A stretch of DNA of 64,000 nt, taken from contig CAKONK010000002.1 of the NCBI GenBank assembly GCA_934097085.1, positions 8,496-72,495 of the forward strand, in the 5' to 3' direction. How positions within the stretch are numbered: the first letter of the stretch is position 1; the number at the start of each line of letters is the position of its first letter. The stretch is from an uncultured Bacilli bacterium. GTDB lineage: Bacteria > Bacillota_I > Bacilli_A > RF39 > UBA660. Below the pieces are notes generated by a model. The model saw only the letters and a list, made by a program, of their open reading frames with translations, searched no databases and was not told where the DNA came from. Positions 47,382 through 58,461 of this stretch are shown here, piece by piece. The position numbers and the translations under genes are program-made.

Positions 47382-47495
47382 ATTAACACTTCCTAACTGC
47401 TACTATATATTTTAACATATAATAAGTAAATATTGAATAAAAAAAGATAAAGTTTTACAAAGAAAATTTATGAATTAAAAAAAGTATAGAAAATT

Positions 47496-47834
47496 CTATA
47501 CTAATTCTAATTTTACCTCTAAAGCATCATCACCACGACGTTCATTTAATTTAATAATTCTTGTATATCCACCAGCACGGTTTTCATATCTTTTTGCTAA
47601 ATCATTAAATACTTTTTGAACAACTTCGTTATCATTATGTAAAAATGCTAAAGCTTTTCTTCTTGCAACAAGTGAACCATCTTTTCCGTAAGTAATCATT
47701 TTATCAACAAATTTTCTTACTTCTTTTGCACGAGATTCAGTTGTAACAATACTTTCATGCATAATAACATCTTTAGTAAGTCCAGCTAAAATGCTTCTTC
47801 TAATTTTATTATTTCTTCCTAATTTACGATACAT
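47496..47834 (-). CDS. rplQ: 50S ribosomal protein L17
   Basis: MYRKLGRNNKIRRSIL...TTESRAKEVRKFVDKMIT. It is the last gene of the alpha operon. Confidence 0.95.
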   Translation of the reverse strand: MYRKLGRNNKIRRSILAGLTKDVIMHESIVTTESRAKEVRKFVDKMITYGKDGSLVARRKALAFLHNDNEVVQKVFNDLAKRYENRAGGYTRIIKLNERRGDDALEVKLELV

Positions 47835-47837
47835 ATT

Positions 47838-48782
47838 CTACTCCTTAAATTGTAGTCCTAAATCAGCAACTTTGTCAATAACCTCTTTAAGAGATTTCTT
47901 TCCTAAGTTTCTAATTTTAGTAACCTCTACTTCTTTCATATTTACTAAATCTTGAAGAGTATGAATTCCATGTCTTTTTAAGCAATTAAATGCTCTAACA
48001 GAGAAGTCAACTTCTTCAATTGGTGTTTCTAATGTTTTTGCTAAATTATCAACTTGTTTTTCTTGCATAATACCAGCAATGTTACTAATACTATTTAAAT
48101 CAGCAACGATAGCAAAATGTTCTACTAATATTTTAGCAGATAAAGCCATTGCTTCTTCTGGAGTCATACTACCATTTGTAGTAACTTCAATAACAAGTTT
48201 ATCATAAGTTTCATCTTGACCAACTCTTGTATCTAATACTTCGTATTTTACAAGTTCTATTGGTGAATAATTTGAGTCTACTGGAATAACACCAACTTTA
48301 ATTTCTTTCATATTTAATTTATTTGTTTTTGCATCAACATATCCTCTACCATTTTCAATAGTAAGTTCCATATCGATTTTTCCACCTTTTACAAGGTTAC
48401 AAATAACTAAATCTGGATTAATTACATCAACATCAGCATTTTTTTCAATCATACCTGCAGTAACAGGTCCTTCAGTATCACAAGATAAATGAAGTACTTT
48501 TTGTTCCTCAGTATGATTTTTTACAACTAATTTTTTGATGTTTAATACTATTTGAGTAACATCCTCAACTATACCATCAATTTTTTGAAATTCATGCATA
48601 ACACCATCAATTTTAATTGATGTTACACTACTTCCAGGTAAACTAGATAGTAATACCCTTCTTAATGCATTTCCAATAGTTGTACCAAAACCTCTTTCAA
48701 GTGGTTCTAGTTCAAATTTACCATAATTACTAGTTTCATTATATTCTGAAATTTTGTATTCTGGTTTTTCAAATTTTATCAT
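47838..48782 (-). CDS. rpoA: DNA-directed RNA polymerase subunit alpha
   Basis: FELEPLERGFGTTIGNALRRVLLSSLPG and the C-terminal domain SVRAFNCLKRHGIHTLQDL. Confidence 0.96.
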   Translation of the reverse strand: MIKFEKPEYKISEYNETSNYGKFELEPLERGFGTTIGNALRRVLLSSLPGSSVTSIKIDGVMHEFQKIDGIVEDVTQIVLNIKKLVVKNHTEEQKVLHLSCDTEGPVTAGMIEKNADVDVINPDLVICNLVKGGKIDMELTIENGRGYVDAKTNKLNMKEIKVGVIPVDSNYSPIELVKYEVLDTRVGQDETYDKLVIEVTTNGSMTPEEAMALSAKILVEHFAIVADLNSISNIAGIMQEKQVDNLAKTLETPIEEVDFSVRAFNCLKRHGIHTLQDLVNMKEVEVTKIRNLGKKSLKEVIDKVADLGLQFKE

Positions 48783-48799
48783 AATTACCCTCCCTTTTA

Positions 48800-49183
48800 T
48801 TAATTTCTTGGTCTTTTTGGTGGTCTACAACCATTGTGTGGAACAGGTGTTTCATCTGTTATACTAGTAATTTCAAGTCCAGCTGATTGAATACTACGAA
48901 TAGCATTTTCTCTTCCTGGTCCTAAACCTTTTACATAAACATCAACTTTTACAACACCTTGATCTTTAGCAGCATTAGCAGCAGCTTCTGCAGAAAGTCC
49001 AGCAGCAAAAGGAGTTTTCTTTTTACTACCTTTATAACCAATTCTTCCAGCAGAGGACCAACTAATTGCATTACCATTATGGTCACAAATTGTTACGATT
49101 GTGTTATTATATGTTGCATGAATATGTGCTTCTGCTTCAGTAACATTAATTTTATTTTTCTTTTTTCTTCTATTATATGCCAT
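48800..49183 (-). CDS. rpsK: 30S ribosomal protein S11
   Basis: [15 protein letters not shown]... and the C-terminal [12 protein letters not shown]. Confidence 0.96.
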   Translation of the reverse strand: MAYNRRKKKNKINVTEAEAHIHATYNNTIVTICDHNGNAISWSSAGRIGYKGSKKKTPFAAGLSAEAAANAAKDQGVVKVDVYVKGLGPGRENAIRSIQSAGLEITSITDETPVPHNGCRPPKRPRN

Positions 49184-49193
49184 ATTATCTCAC

Positions 49194-49568
49194 CTACTTT
49201 GAAACCTTTTTCTTATTTGCAACTACTTTTCCTCTACCTTTTCTAGTATGAGCGTTGCGGCTTGTTCTTTGACCTCTTACAGGAAGTCCTTTTTTATGTC
49301 TTATACCTTGATAAGAATTTATTTCCATTTTGTTTTTAATGTTCATTTGAACTTCTCTACGAAGATCACCTTCAGTTGTATGTTTTTCAACTTCTTTACG
49401 AAGTGCAGCAATTTCTTCCTCTGTTAAATCTTTAATTTTTTTAGTTGCTTCAACATTTGCATCTTTACAAATAGTTTTACCTAAATTTGGACCAATACCA
49501 TAGATAGCAGTAAGTCCTATCCAAGTATGTTTTTCATTAGGTAATTCAATATTTTTAATTCTCGCCAT
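49194..49568 (-). CDS. rpsM: 30S ribosomal protein S13
   Basis: MARI...[10 protein letters not shown]...[17 protein letters not shown]. Confidence 0.96.
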   Translation of the reverse strand: MARIKNIELPNEKHTWIGLTAIYGIGPNLGKTICKDANVEATKKIKDLTEEEIAALRKEVEKHTTEGDLRREVQMNIKNKMEINSYQGIRHKKGLPVRGQRTSRNAHTRKGRGKVVANKKKVSK

Positions 49569-49576
49569 AATTTCTC

Positions 49577-49690
49577 CTATCCTTGAACTTGTTTATGTTT
49601 AGGGTTATTACAAATAACCATAACTTTTCCTTTTCTTCTAATAACTTTACATTTTTTACATATCTTTTTTACAGATGGTCTAACTTTCAT
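49577..49690 (-). CDS. rpmJ: 50S ribosomal protein L36 (not in the ORF track; 37 aa)
   Basis: My translation is [46 protein letters not shown] lies upstream. It sits between infA and rpsM, as expected. Confidence 0.93.
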   Translation of the reverse strand: MKVRPSVKKICKKCKVIRRKGKVMVICNNPKHKQVQG

Positions 49691-49699
49691 AATATCCTC

Positions 49700-49924
49700 C
49701 TATCTTTTATTCCATGTAATTATCCCACGTGTTAAATCATAAGGTGAAAGTTCTACTGTAACGGTATCACCCGGTAAGATACGAATCATATTAATACGCA
49801 TTTTACCAGAAACGTAGGCTTTTACAGTATGTCCATTAGATAGTTCTACTAAATAGTCACTACCTTTTAAGACTTCAATAACTTTCCCTTCCACTTCTAT
49901 TTTATCATTTTTCTTATTAGCCAT
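49700..49924 (-). CDS. infA: Translation initiation factor IF-1
   Basis: [11 protein letters not shown]...[38 protein letters not shown]. Confidence 0.95.
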   Translation of the reverse strand: MANKKNDKIEVEGKVIEVLKGSDYLVELSNGHTVKAYVSGKMRINMIRILPGDTVTVELSPYDLTRGIITWNKR

Positions 49925-49934
49925 ATTATTTTTC

Positions 49935-50678
49935 TCACTCTCCCGTTAAAATTTCATATCCATCTTTAGTAACTACAATTGTGTGTTCAAAATGCGCACT
50001 AGGCATTCCATCTTCAGTTTTAACTGTCCAATCATTATCATCTAAGTAAACATGTCTTTTACCTAAATTAAGCATTGGTTCAATACAAATTGTCATACCT
50101 TCTTTTAAGATAACATTTGTTTTTGTATAAAAGTTTGGCACATCTGGATCTTCATGCATTGAAGTTCCAATTCCGTGACCCACTAATTCTTCGACTACTG
50201 AAAGCCCATTTTTATGAGCATAATCTTCAATAGTTTTTCCTATTAGTGATAAAGGAGTTCCAGCTTTTACAACACTTAATCCTTTATATAAAGCATTTTT
50301 AGTATTTTCAACTAAACTTCTTACATCATCAGATACATTTCCAATAATATAAGTTCTAGCACTATCACTTTCATATCCTTTGAATCTAACAGTTAAATCA
50401 ACTTTTAATATATCACCATTTTTAAGTTTTCGATTATCTGGAATACCATGAACTACTTCATCGTTTAAAGATAAACAAACACTTTTTGGGAAACCTTCAT
50501 AATTTAGTTCCGAAGGAATTGCGCCATTTTTACGAATAAATGCATCAACAATATCATTTAACTCGTTAAGTGATATACCTATTTTAAGATGTTTTTTTAT
50601 TTCCTCATGAGCTAGAAAGTTGATATGACCACTTTCTTTCATAAGTTCAATTTCTCGTTTACTTTTAATATTAATCAC
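49935..50678 (-). CDS. map: Methionine aminopeptidase type I
   Basis: [32 protein letters not shown] and the FEHTIVVT motifs. Confidence 0.93.
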   Translation of the reverse strand: MINIKSKREIELMKESGHINFLAHEEIKKHLKIGISLNELNDIVDAFIRKNGAIPSELNYEGFPKSVCLSLNDEVVHGIPDNRKLKNGDILKVDLTVRFKGYESDSARTYIIGNVSDDVRSLVENTKNALYKGLSVVKAGTPLSLIGKTIEDYAHKNGLSVVEELVGHGIGTSMHEDPDVPNFYTKTNVILKEGMTICIEPMLNLGKRHVYLDDNDWTVKTEDGMPSAHFEHTIVVTKDGYEILTGE

Positions 50679-51318
50679 TTAAAATCTCCATTAATCTGTC
50701 TTTTAAATTTAAATCTTTGTTATTAACATCAATTTCCACTAATTTATTTAAATCTTTGTAATACTCTATTATAGGTAAAGTATTTTGAACATAAGTATCA
50801 AAACGAACTTTAAAACTTTCTTCATTATCGTCTCCTCTGACAGTAAGTGGAGTTTTACAATCATCACATATGCCTTCTTCTTTTGGTTTAAAACCATCAA
50901 AGAAAATGTTATAACTTCTTCCACACTTTTCACAAGTTACTCTTCCAAGAGTACGTTTTAAAGCAAGTTCTTTATCAATATTTAAATAAATAACAACATA
51001 ATTACTAATATTTAATTTATCAAATAAAATACTTAAATTTTTTGCTTGATTAATTGTTCTAGGAAATCCATCTAAAATAAATGGTTTATCTAATTTAGAT
51101 AGTGTTTCTTCGATTAATTTAATCATATAATCATCACTAACAAGTTTGCCAGCATCGATTATCTTTTTTATTTCTTTTCCGAGGCTACTTTGAGAAGCAA
51201 TTTCACTTCTTAAAATAGCCCCAGTAGAAATATGTTTACAATCATAAGTATTTTTAAGTATGTCGCTACAAGTACCTTTACCTGCAGCAGGCGGTGCTAA
51301 AAATATTATGTTTTTCAT
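50671..51318 (-). CDS. adk: Adenylate kinase (zinc-lid type)
   Basis: P-loop LAPPAAGKGT (the usual glycines are replaced), DGFPRT, and lid cysteines CEKCGRSYN...CDDCKTP. Confidence 0.93.
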   Translation of the reverse strand: MKNIIFLAPPAAGKGTCSDILKNTYDCKHISTGAILRSEIASQSSLGKEIKKIIDAGKLVSDDYMIKLIEETLSKLDKPFILDGFPRTINQAKNLSILFDKLNISNYVVIYLNIDKELALKRTLGRVTCEKCGRSYNIFFDGFKPKEEGICDDCKTPLTVRGDDNEESFKVRFDTYVQNTLPIIEYYKDLNKLVEIDVNNKDLNLKDRLMEILSD

Positions 51319-52577
51319 CTTAATCTCTTTCTCTTAGAAGAATAACTTCTACTAACAAGACTACTTTCTAATTGTTTATAAGTTTCAATTGCTACACCTA
51401 CAACAATTAATATACCAGTTCCACCAATTGTTACATATGATGGAAGTGAAGTAAGTTTTGAAAGTAATATAGGCATTCCTGCTAAGATGACTAGGAATAG
51501 TGCTCCCACTAGTGTTAATTTAGATAGTGAATTACTAATATATTTAGAAGTATCACTACCAGGTCTAATACCAGGAATATAACCACCATTCTCATTTAAA
51601 TTTTTACTCATTTCATCTGGATTCATTACAAGGAATGTATAGAAGTAAGCAAATACTACTATTAAAACCAAGTATAATATAAATCCAGTAGTAGAAGTGT
51701 ACATAATATATTTATTTACAAAATCTATTGCACTTTGTTTACCAATTAAGGTAACAATTGTTGCTGGAATAGTTGTAACTATTGAAGCAAATATTACTGG
51801 AATAACACTTGCAGAATTTATTTTTAATGGTAAATAGTTTGTTTGTGCACCATATGCTGAAGATGTTCTATTAGAATATTGAATTGGTATTCTTCTTTCA
51901 GCAAGTTGAACCCAAATAATTCCAACGATAACAATAACATACACAAGTACAAATAAACTAAATAATATAATTCCAACAGTTTTTGAAAAACTTCCCATTA
52001 CAAGTGAAGCAAATGCTCCCCTAAAAATATTAGGCATACTTTGAATAATACCAGCCATTATAAGCATTGATTGTCCATTACCAATACCTTTATTAGTAAT
52101 TTGATCACCCATCCACATACAGAAAGATGTACCAGCAACCATAACTAATGTAGTTTTAATAATTTCCATAGCATTTAACCCTTTCATATAGAAAGCAGTT
52201 AAAGCATAAGCTTGTAAAAAGGCAATAAATATTCCTAAATATCTTGTAATTTTGTTAATCTTTTGTCTTCCAGTATAACCTTGATCTTTAAGATCTTTAA
52301 AGTAAGGTACAATATCCATTTGTAAAATTTCAGTAATAATTGAGGCAGTAATATAAGGGGAAACGCCTAGAGCAAATATTGAAAAATTTGATAGACCTCC
52401 ACCACTCATTACGTTGAATATTTCTAGAAAACCTAGTTCTTCATATACTGCTGATGCCCAAGGAATTGTTATAGTTGTACCTAAACAAAATATTCCTAAA
52501 CACATCATTGTAAAATAGATTTTTTTTCTTAAGTCTTTATTACTTTTATTAAAAAATCCTGAAAAACCACGAAACAT
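51315..52577 (-). CDS. secY: Preprotein translocase subunit SecY
   Basis: 420 aa with 10 TM. FALGVSPYITASIITEILQ and GIGNGQSMLIMAGI. Confidence 0.95.
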   Translation of the reverse strand: MFRGFSGFFNKSNKDLRKKIYFTMMCLGIFCLGTTITIPWASAVYEELGFLEIFNVMSGGGLSNFSIFALGVSPYITASIITEILQMDIVPYFKDLKDQGYTGRQKINKITRYLGIFIAFLQAYALTAFYMKGLNAMEIIKTTLVMVAGTSFCMWMGDQITNKGIGNGQSMLIMAGIIQSMPNIFRGAFASLVMGSFSKTVGIILFSLFVLVYVIVIVGIIWVQLAERRIPIQYSNRTSSAYGAQTNYLPLKINSASVIPVIFASIVTTIPATIVTLIGKQSAIDFVNKYIMYTSTTGFILYLVLIVVFAYFYTFLVMNPDEMSKNLNENGGYIPGIRPGSDTSKYISNSLSKLTLVGALFLVILAGMPILLSKLTSLPSYVTIGGTGILIVVGVAIETYKQLESSLVSRSYSSKRKRLR

Positions 52578-52578
52578 T

Positions 52579-53022
52579 CTAAATCACCTCAGCTTTACCA
52601 CCAGCATCATTAATTTTAGTAACGGCAGCACTAGTGAAACGATTAGCTTTAATAGTTAATTTTTTCTCTAAAGTACCATTTCCTAAAACTTTAACTCCAT
52701 TTAATCCCTTTTTAAGAATTCTTCTTTCAAATAATACTTCAGGAGTAACAACATCACCATCATTAAAGTATCTATTTAAATCAGATAAATTAATTGTTGC
52801 AAATCTGTTAGCAAAATTTGCATTGTTAAATCCTCTTTTAGGAATTCTTCTATAAAGTGGAGATTGTCCACCTTGGAACCAAGGTTTAATTGAAGCACCA
52901 CTTCTAGATTTTTGTCCATTCTCTCCACGAGTTGAAGTTTTACCCATTCCACTTCCTGGGCCTCTACCAACTCTTTTTCTAGCTTTCATTTCGCTAGTCT
53001 TTGGTAAATTTTCTAATCTCAT
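52579..53022 (-). CDS. rplO: 50S ribosomal protein L15
   Basis: RKRVGRGPGSGMGKTSTRGENGQKSRSG. Confidence 0.95.
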   Translation of the reverse strand: MRLENLPKTSEMKARKRVGRGPGSGMGKTSTRGENGQKSRSGASIKPWFQGGQSPLYRRIPKRGFNNANFANRFATINLSDLNRYFNDGDVVTPEVLFERRILKKGLNGVKVLGNGTLEKKLTIKANRFTSAAVTKINDAGGKAEVI

Positions 53023-53525
53023 TATAATTCCTCAACTTTCTTTGATCTAAGTTCAGCAATATGTTCCTTAGTTCTTTGCATTGTAAGCGCACCTAAAGTA
53101 GCTTTTGCAACATTAACTTGAGTATTACTTCCTAAAGATTTAGCAACGATGTCTTTAACACCAGCAAGTTCAAGAACTGCTCTTGCTGCTCCACCAGCAA
53201 TAATTCCACGACCTTCTTTAGCAGGTTTTAATAAAACTACTGCTCTACCAACTTTATAAGTTGCTTCATGAGGTATTGTTCTATTATCAACAAGGGAAAT
53301 TTTTACAACATTTTTATTAGCGGCTTGTAATGCTTTTTTAATTGCTTCAGGAACTTCATTTGCTTTACCAGTTCCAATACCAATTAAACCTTTACGATTA
53401 CCAACAGCTACAGTTGCAGAAAATCTAAAATGTCTTCCACCTTGAGTAACTTTTGTTACTCTTCCTATATTAATAACTTTTTCTTCTAATAAATTATTTT
53501 TTTGTTTATCAAAATCTTTTGCCAT
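53022..53525 (-). CDS. rpsE: 30S ribosomal protein S5
   Basis: INIGRVTKVTQGGRHFRFSATVAVGNRKGLIGIGTGKANEVPEAIKKA. Confidence 0.96.
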   Translation of the reverse strand: MAKDFDKQKNNLLEEKVINIGRVTKVTQGGRHFRFSATVAVGNRKGLIGIGTGKANEVPEAIKKALQAANKNVVKISLVDNRTIPHEATYKVGRAVVLLKPAKEGRGIIAGGAARAVLELAGVKDIVAKSLGSNTQVNVAKATLGALTMQRTKEHIAELRSKKVEEL

Positions 53526-53534
53526 AATGCCTCC

Positions 53535-53888
53535 TTAAAACTCTAATCCAGCTTCTCTTGCTGCATCAGCTAAAGCTGCTACTCTTCCATGATATAAGAA
53601 TCCACCACGGTCAAATACTACTTTATTAATTTTTGCTTTTTTACATTTTGCAGCAATATCTTTTCCTACAGCAGAAGCTGCTTCAATATTACCACCATTT
53701 TTAATTTTAAGTTCAAGAGTTGATGAGCTAACTAAAGTTTCACCTTTTGTGTCATCAATAACTTGAGCATAAATAGCTTTATTAGATCTAAATACATTTA
53801 GTCTAGGTACTTCAGTTGTTCCAGAAATACTTTTTCTAACTCTTGTATGTCTTCTTAATCTAGCTTCTCTTTTTTCTTTACTATTCAT
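53535..53888 (-). CDS. rplR: 50S ribosomal protein L18
   Basis: [15 protein letters not shown]...[19 protein letters not shown]...[26 protein letters not shown]. Confidence 0.96.
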   Translation of the reverse strand: MNSKEKREARLRRHTRVRKSISGTTEVPRLNVFRSNKAIYAQVIDDTKGETLVSSSTLELKIKNGGNIEAASAVGKDIAAKCKKAKINKVVFDRGGFLYHGRVAALADAAREAGLEF

Positions 53889-53902
53889 AACATTTTACTC
53901 CT

Positions 53903-54442
53903 TTACTTAGCCGCTTTCTTTCCTTCTTTACGACGGATATGTTCGCCTTTATAACGTATTCCTTTACCTTTATAAGGTTCTGGTTCACGAATTTTACGAA
54001 TATTTGCCGCAAATTCAGAAACTTTTTGTTTATCAAATCCACTAATAGAAAGTTCTGTATTAGATGGACATGTAACTGTTATACCACTTGGAACTACAAC
54101 ATCAATTGTATGTGAATATCCAGCAGATACAACAATTTTATTTCCTGATACACTGAAACGGTATCCTACACCAACAGCCTCTAAATCTTTTGTATAACCA
54201 GTACTAACACCAATTAACATATTATTAATATTTGAGTTTGTTGTTCCTGAAAGAATATTTGCTTCTTTAGTATCTTTAACTTTTTCAGTAGTAATTTCAT
54301 TACCTTCAATAACTACTTTAACTAAAGAACTAACAGGAAGAGTTAATTCTCCTTTAGCTCCTTTTACAGTAACAATACCATCATTAAATGAAACTGTTAC
54401 ACCTTCAGGGATAGTTAGTTTTCTATTACCAATTCTACTCAT
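53903..54442 (-). CDS. rplF: 50S ribosomal protein L6
   Basis: MSRIGNRKLTIPEGVTV...EPYKGKGIRYKGEHIRRKEGK. Confidence 0.96.
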   Translation of the reverse strand: MSRIGNRKLTIPEGVTVSFNDGIVTVKGAKGELTLPVSSLVKVVIEGNEITTEKVKDTKEANILSGTTNSNINNMLIGVSTGYTKDLEAVGVGYRFSVSGNKIVVSAGYSHTIDVVVPSGITVTCPSNTELSISGFDKQKVSEFAANIRKIREPEPYKGKGIRYKGEHIRRKEGKKAAK

Positions 54443-54449
54443 AGACTAC

Positions 54450-54848
54450 TTACCAAATATAGGCAAGTACTTCACCTCCTAACCCTTTTTCTCTAGCTTC
54501 TTTATCAGTCATTAAGCCTTGAGAAGTAGATATAATTGCAATTCCTAAACCATTTAATACTCTAGGAAGTTTATCAGCTTGAGCATAAACTCTTAAACCT
54601 GATTTACTAATTCTTTTTAATCCAGTAATAACTCTTTCTTTTTTATTTCCATATTTTAAAGTTAAAGTCATTTTATCACCGTTACTATTTTTTGTATATT
54701 TGTAATCAGCAATATAACCTTCATTTTTAAGAATTTCAGCAATACCTTTAGTCATTTTAGTTCCTTCAACTTCAACTTCAGTGTATCTCATTTGATTTGC
54801 ATTTCTTATTCTTGTTAGCATATCTGCTATTTTATCTTGTACAAACAT
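54450..54848 (-). CDS. rpsH: 30S ribosomal protein S8
   Basis: [14 protein letters not shown]... and the C-terminal [11 protein letters not shown]. Confidence 0.96.
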   Translation of the reverse strand: MFVQDKIADMLTRIRNANQMRYTEVEVEGTKMTKGIAEILKNEGYIADYKYTKNSNGDKMTLTLKYGNKKERVITGLKRISKSGLRVYAQADKLPRVLNGLGIAIISTSQGLMTDKEAREKGLGGEVLAYIW

Positions 54849-54863
54849 TATTATATCTCCTTT

Positions 54864-55049
54864 CTACCAACTAGACTTCTTAACGCCTGGAATTTGTCCT
54901 TTATTAGCAAGTTCTCTGAAGCAAATACGACATAATCCAAATTTTCTTAGTACACCGTGAGGTCTACCACATCTTTTGCATCTAGTATAAGCTCTAACTT
55001 GAAATTTAGGTTTACGATTATTTTTTACAATCATACTTGTTTTTGCCAT
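54864..55049 (-). CDS. rpsN: 30S ribosomal protein S14, short zinc-binding (type Z) form
   Basis: 61 aa with [23 protein letters not shown]. Confidence 0.95.
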   Translation of the reverse strand: MAKTSMIVKNNRKPKFQVRAYTRCKRCGRPHGVLRKFGLCRICFRELANKGQIPGVKKSSW

Positions 55050-55061
55050 ATTTTACTCTCC

Positions 55062-55601
55062 TTATCCTCTAAAAGGCATTCCAAATGCTTTTAGTAATGA
55101 ACGTGCTTCATCATTAGATTTTGCAGTTGTTACAATAACAATATCCATTCCTCTAACTTTTAAAACATCGTCATAATTTATTTCAGGGAATATAAGTTGT
55201 TCTTTAACTCCCATAGTAAAGTTTCCTTTACCATCAAAACTTTTTGGTGATACACCTCTAAAATCTCTAACACGAGGAAGTGCAATCTTAATTAATTTTT
55301 CTAAGAAAGCATACATATTTTCACCACGAAGAGTTACTTTAACACCAATAGGTTGTCCCTCTCTTAATTTAAAACCAGCAATTGATTTATGAGCTTTAGT
55401 AACTACAGGTTTTTGACCAGCAATTAAAGTTAAATCTTTTACTGCAGCATCAATGAATTTAGAATCATTAGCGCCTTCACCAACACCCATATTAATTACG
55501 ATTTTAGTGATTCTAGGAACTTGCATTACAGTAGTATAATTATATTCCTTCATTAAACTATTTTTAATTTCTTTTTCATATAAAGTTTTAAAATTACTCA
55601 T
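55062..55601 (-). CDS. rplE: 50S ribosomal protein L5
   Basis: [16 protein letters not shown]...[22 protein letters not shown]. Confidence 0.96.
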   Translation of the reverse strand: MSNFKTLYEKEIKNSLMKEYNYTTVMQVPRITKIVINMGVGEGANDSKFIDAAVKDLTLIAGQKPVVTKAHKSIAGFKLREGQPIGVKVTLRGENMYAFLEKLIKIALPRVRDFRGVSPKSFDGKGNFTMGVKEQLIFPEINYDDVLKVRGMDIVIVTTAKSNDEARSLLKAFGMPFRG

Positions 55602-55608
55602 AATTCAC

Positions 55609-55917
55609 CTACTTTGCTTCCTTTTTGCTAGTAGTTTTCTTTTTTGAAGTTTCTTTTTTTGCTTCAGATTTAACTACTTTAGCTTTTTCTTCTTTATTAT
55701 TGTTTATAACTTTTACATTAGATACATGAATAGGTGCTTCAATATCAAATATTCCACCTTTGTCTTCAGTAGTTCTAGGTTTAGAATGTTTCTTAACCAT
55801 ATTTAAGCCTTCAACAACAACTTTATCTAATTTTTTATAAGTTTTAATTACTTTGCCTTCTTTACCTTTATCTTTTCCAGCAATAACTAATACTTTATCT
55901 CCTACTTTAACTTTCAT
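55609..55917 (-). CDS. rplX: 50S ribosomal protein L24 (with a Lys-rich C-terminal extension)
   Basis: [22 protein letters not shown]...[13 protein letters not shown]. Confidence 0.94.
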   Translation of the reverse strand: MKVKVGDKVLVIAGKDKGKEGKVIKTYKKLDKVVVEGLNMVKKHSKPRTTEDKGGIFDIEAPIHVSNVKVINNNKEEKAKVVKSEAKKETSKKKTTSKKEAK

Positions 55918-55925
55918 ATATCCTC

Positions 55926-56294
55926 CTATAAAACCTCAGGTGCAAGTGATACAATTTTGTGATATTCTTTTTCACGAAGTTCTCTAGCAACTGGGCCTAA
56001 AACTCTTGTACCGATTGGAGTTTTATCATCTTTGATTAATACGCAAGCGTTATCATCAAATTTAATATAACTTCCATCTTTTCTTCTAACACCTTGAACA
56101 GTTCTTACTATAACTGCTTTTACAACTTTACCTTCTTTTACAGGACTATTAGGTATAGCTTTTTTAACAGTACCAACGATTACATCACCGATATTAGCAC
56201 TTTTAACTTTACTTCCACCCATAACACGGATAACTAAAAGTTCTCTTGCACCAGAGTTATCAGCAACTTTTAATCTACTTTCTTGCATTACCAT
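55926..56294 (-). CDS. rplN: 50S ribosomal protein L14
   Basis: [25 protein letters not shown]... Confidence 0.96.
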   Translation of the reverse strand: MVMQESRLKVADNSGARELLVIRVMGGSKVKSANIGDVIVGTVKKAIPNSPVKEGKVVKAVIVRTVQGVRRKDGSYIKFDDNACVLIKDDKTPIGTRVLGPVARELREKEYHKIVSLAPEVL

Positions 56295-56305
56295 AATATT
56301 ACCTC

Positions 56306-56563
56306 CTATAAAATTACAGCTTTTTCAATAACTTTAACTAATTCATATCTTTTAGTTTTTGATAAAGGTCTAGTCATTGAAATTCTAACTGTATCTCCTA
56401 CTTTTGCTTCATTCTTTTCATCATGAGCAGCATATTTTTTAGAATATTTAACTCTTTTACCATATAATGGATGTGTTTTATAAGTTTCTACTAAAACAGT
56501 AATTGTTTTATCGTTTTTATCACTAACAACTTTACCAATTAATTCTTGTTTTGCTTTTTCCAT
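56306..56563 (-). CDS. rpsQ: 30S ribosomal protein S17
   Basis: [40 protein letters not shown]. Confidence 0.95.
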   Translation of the reverse strand: MEKAKQELIGKVVSDKNDKTITVLVETYKTHPLYGKRVKYSKKYAAHDEKNEAKVGDTVRISMTRPLSKTKRYELVKVIEKAVIL

Positions 56564-56772
56564 TATTTTTCACCATCCATTTCTCTTTCTGTTAATACAG
56601 TTTTAAGTCTTGCAATTTCTTTACGAAGTTGTCTTAAAACTACAGGTTTTTCTAAAGTTCCAGAAGATTGAGCTAATCTATTTTTAAATAGTTCTTCTTT
56701 ATCTTCTACGATCTTCTTTTTAATATCTTCATTACTTAATTTTCTTATTTCATTAATTTCCAAGAGTTTCAC
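56563..56772 (-). CDS. rpmC: 50S ribosomal protein L29
   Basis: 69 aa. ...[33 protein letters not shown]. Confidence 0.92.
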   Translation of the reverse strand: MKLLEINEIRKLSNEDIKKKIVEDKEELFKNRLAQSSGTLEKPVVLRQLRKEIARLKTVLTEREMDGEK

Positions 56773-57178
56773 TCTCCTTCATAACAAATTTAGTTTTGAT
56801 TGAAAGCTTATGAGAAGCAAGCCTTAAAGCTTCTCTAGCAATTTCTTCAGAAACATCACTAATTTCAAACATGATCTTTCCTTGTTTTACAACTGCTACC
56901 CATTCTTCAACGTTACCTTTACCTTTACCTTGTCTAGTTTCTAGAGGTTTTCTAGTTCTTGGCATATGTGGGAATATATTAATATATACTTTACCACCAC
57001 GTTTCATATAACGAGTCATTGCAATACGTGCAGCTTCAATTTGTCTAGCAGAAATCCATCCGCCTTCCATAGCCATAAGGCCAAATTCACCATTATTTAG
57101 GGTAAGATTTCCTTTTGCTTTGCCTTCATAACTTAGTCTATGACTTTTACGATATTTAGTTCTTTTTGGCATTAACAT
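56753..57178 (-). CDS. rplP: 50S ribosomal protein L16
   Basis: [14 protein letters not shown]...[28 protein letters not shown]. Confidence 0.96.
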   Translation of the reverse strand: MLMPKRTKYRKSHRLSYEGKAKGNLTLNNGEFGLMAMEGGWISARQIEAARIAMTRYMKRGGKVYINIFPHMPRTRKPLETRQGKGKGNVEEWVAVVKQGKIMFEISDVSEEIAREALRLASHKLSIKTKFVMKESETLGN

Positions 57179-57833
57179 CTTTCATCTCTCCCTTCTTAAC
57201 ATTTCTAGTTTTAAGTATTTCATCTTTATAAATCCATACTTTAACTCCGATTTTTCCGTAGATTGTATTTGCTTCACTTGTAGCATAATCTACATCAGCT
57301 CTAATTGTATGTAAAGGTACTGTACCTTCAGTGTAGCCTTCAGTTCTAGCCATTTCAGCTCCACCAAGTCTTCCTGATACTGCAGTTTTAATACCTTTAG
57401 CACCAGCTTTCATTGTATTTCTGATAGCTCTTTTTTGAACACTTCTAAAAGGTGCACGAGCTTCAATTTGCATTGCTATATTATCTGCAACAAGTTGAGC
57501 ATTTAAATCAGGGTTCTTTTCTTCAACTATATTAATATAAATTTCTTCATTAACAAGTTTAGAAATTTTCTTTCTAAGTTTTTCAATATCTTCTCCACCA
57601 CGGCCAATTATAACACCAGGTCTTGCAGTATAAATTGTAAGTTCTACTTTATTTTTTCTTCTTTCAATTACTACTTTAGATATAGAAGCACTTTTAAGAT
57701 TTTTTTCAATATATTCTCTTATTTTGATATCGTTAATTAATTTAGTTGAGTAATCTTTTTCAGCATACCAACGAGAATCCCAATCTTTATTAACACCAAT
57801 ACGATATCCTATAGGATTAACTTTTTGTCCCAT
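57156..57833 (-). CDS. rpsC: 30S ribosomal protein S3
   Basis: [24 protein letters not shown]...[12 protein letters not shown]. Confidence 0.96.
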   Translation of the reverse strand: MGQKVNPIGYRIGVNKDWDSRWYAEKDYSTKLINDIKIREYIEKNLKSASISKVVIERRKNKVELTIYTARPGVIIGRGGEDIEKLRKKISKLVNEEIYINIVEEKNPDLNAQLVADNIAMQIEARAPFRSVQKRAIRNTMKAGAKGIKTAVSGRLGGAEMARTEGYTEGTVPLHTIRADVDYATSEANTIYGKIGVKVWIYKDEILKTRNVKKGEMKDVNAKKN

Positions 57834-57835
57834 AA

Positions 57836-58180
57836 TTATTTAGCCTCCTTATTATCAGTAACATAAATTACAATATGACTTGTTCTTTTATCATGTCTAT
57901 CAACATTTCCTCTTGAAGCAAATTGAATTCTTTTGTAGATTGGTCCTGGATTAATAAAACATTTACTAATAACTAAATCATTTTCATTTGCACCATTATT
58001 ATTTACTGCATTTGCAACTGCTGAGTTTAAAACTTTTAATATCATTTTACTAGCTTTAGTATTAGTATTTTCAAGAATTCCTCTTGCAGTTTCAACATCT
58101 TTTCCACGAATTAAATCCATAGTCATTCTTGCAAGTCTAGGTTTAATCATTGCAGTATTATGTTTTGCATAAGTTTCCAT
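57836..58180 (-). CDS. rplV: 50S ribosomal protein L22
   Basis: [20 protein letters not shown]...[16 protein letters not shown]. Confidence 0.95.
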   Translation of the reverse strand: METYAKHNTAMIKPRLARMTMDLIRGKDVETARGILENTNTKASKMILKVLNSAVANAVNNNGANENDLVISKCFINPGPIYKRIQFASRGNVDRHDKRTSHIVIYVTDNKEAK

Positions 58181-58188
58181 GTTACCTC

Positions 58189-58452
58189 CTATTTATTTCC
58201 AGCATGGCCAGTAAATTTACGAGTTTGTGAAAATTCTCCTAATTTATGACCTACCATTTCTTCAGTAATATAAACAGGTATAAAATCTTTACCATTATGA
58301 ACTGCAATTGTATGTCCTACAAATTCAGGATAAATAGTACTTCTTCTTGACCAAGTTTTTACTACTGATTTTTTATTTTCTTCATTTAATTTATTAATTT
58401 TTTTCATAATGCTATCATCAACGAAAGCACCTTTTTTTAAACTTCTTGCCAT
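58189..58452 (-). CDS. rpsS: 30S ribosomal protein S19
   Basis: [12 protein letters not shown]...[23 protein letters not shown]...[13 protein letters not shown]. Confidence 0.96.
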   Translation of the reverse strand: MARSLKKGAFVDDSIMKKINKLNEENKKSVVKTWSRRSTIYPEFVGHTIAVHNGKDFIPVYITEEMVGHKLGEFSQTRKFTGHAGNK

Positions 58453-58461
58453 TATTCCTCC

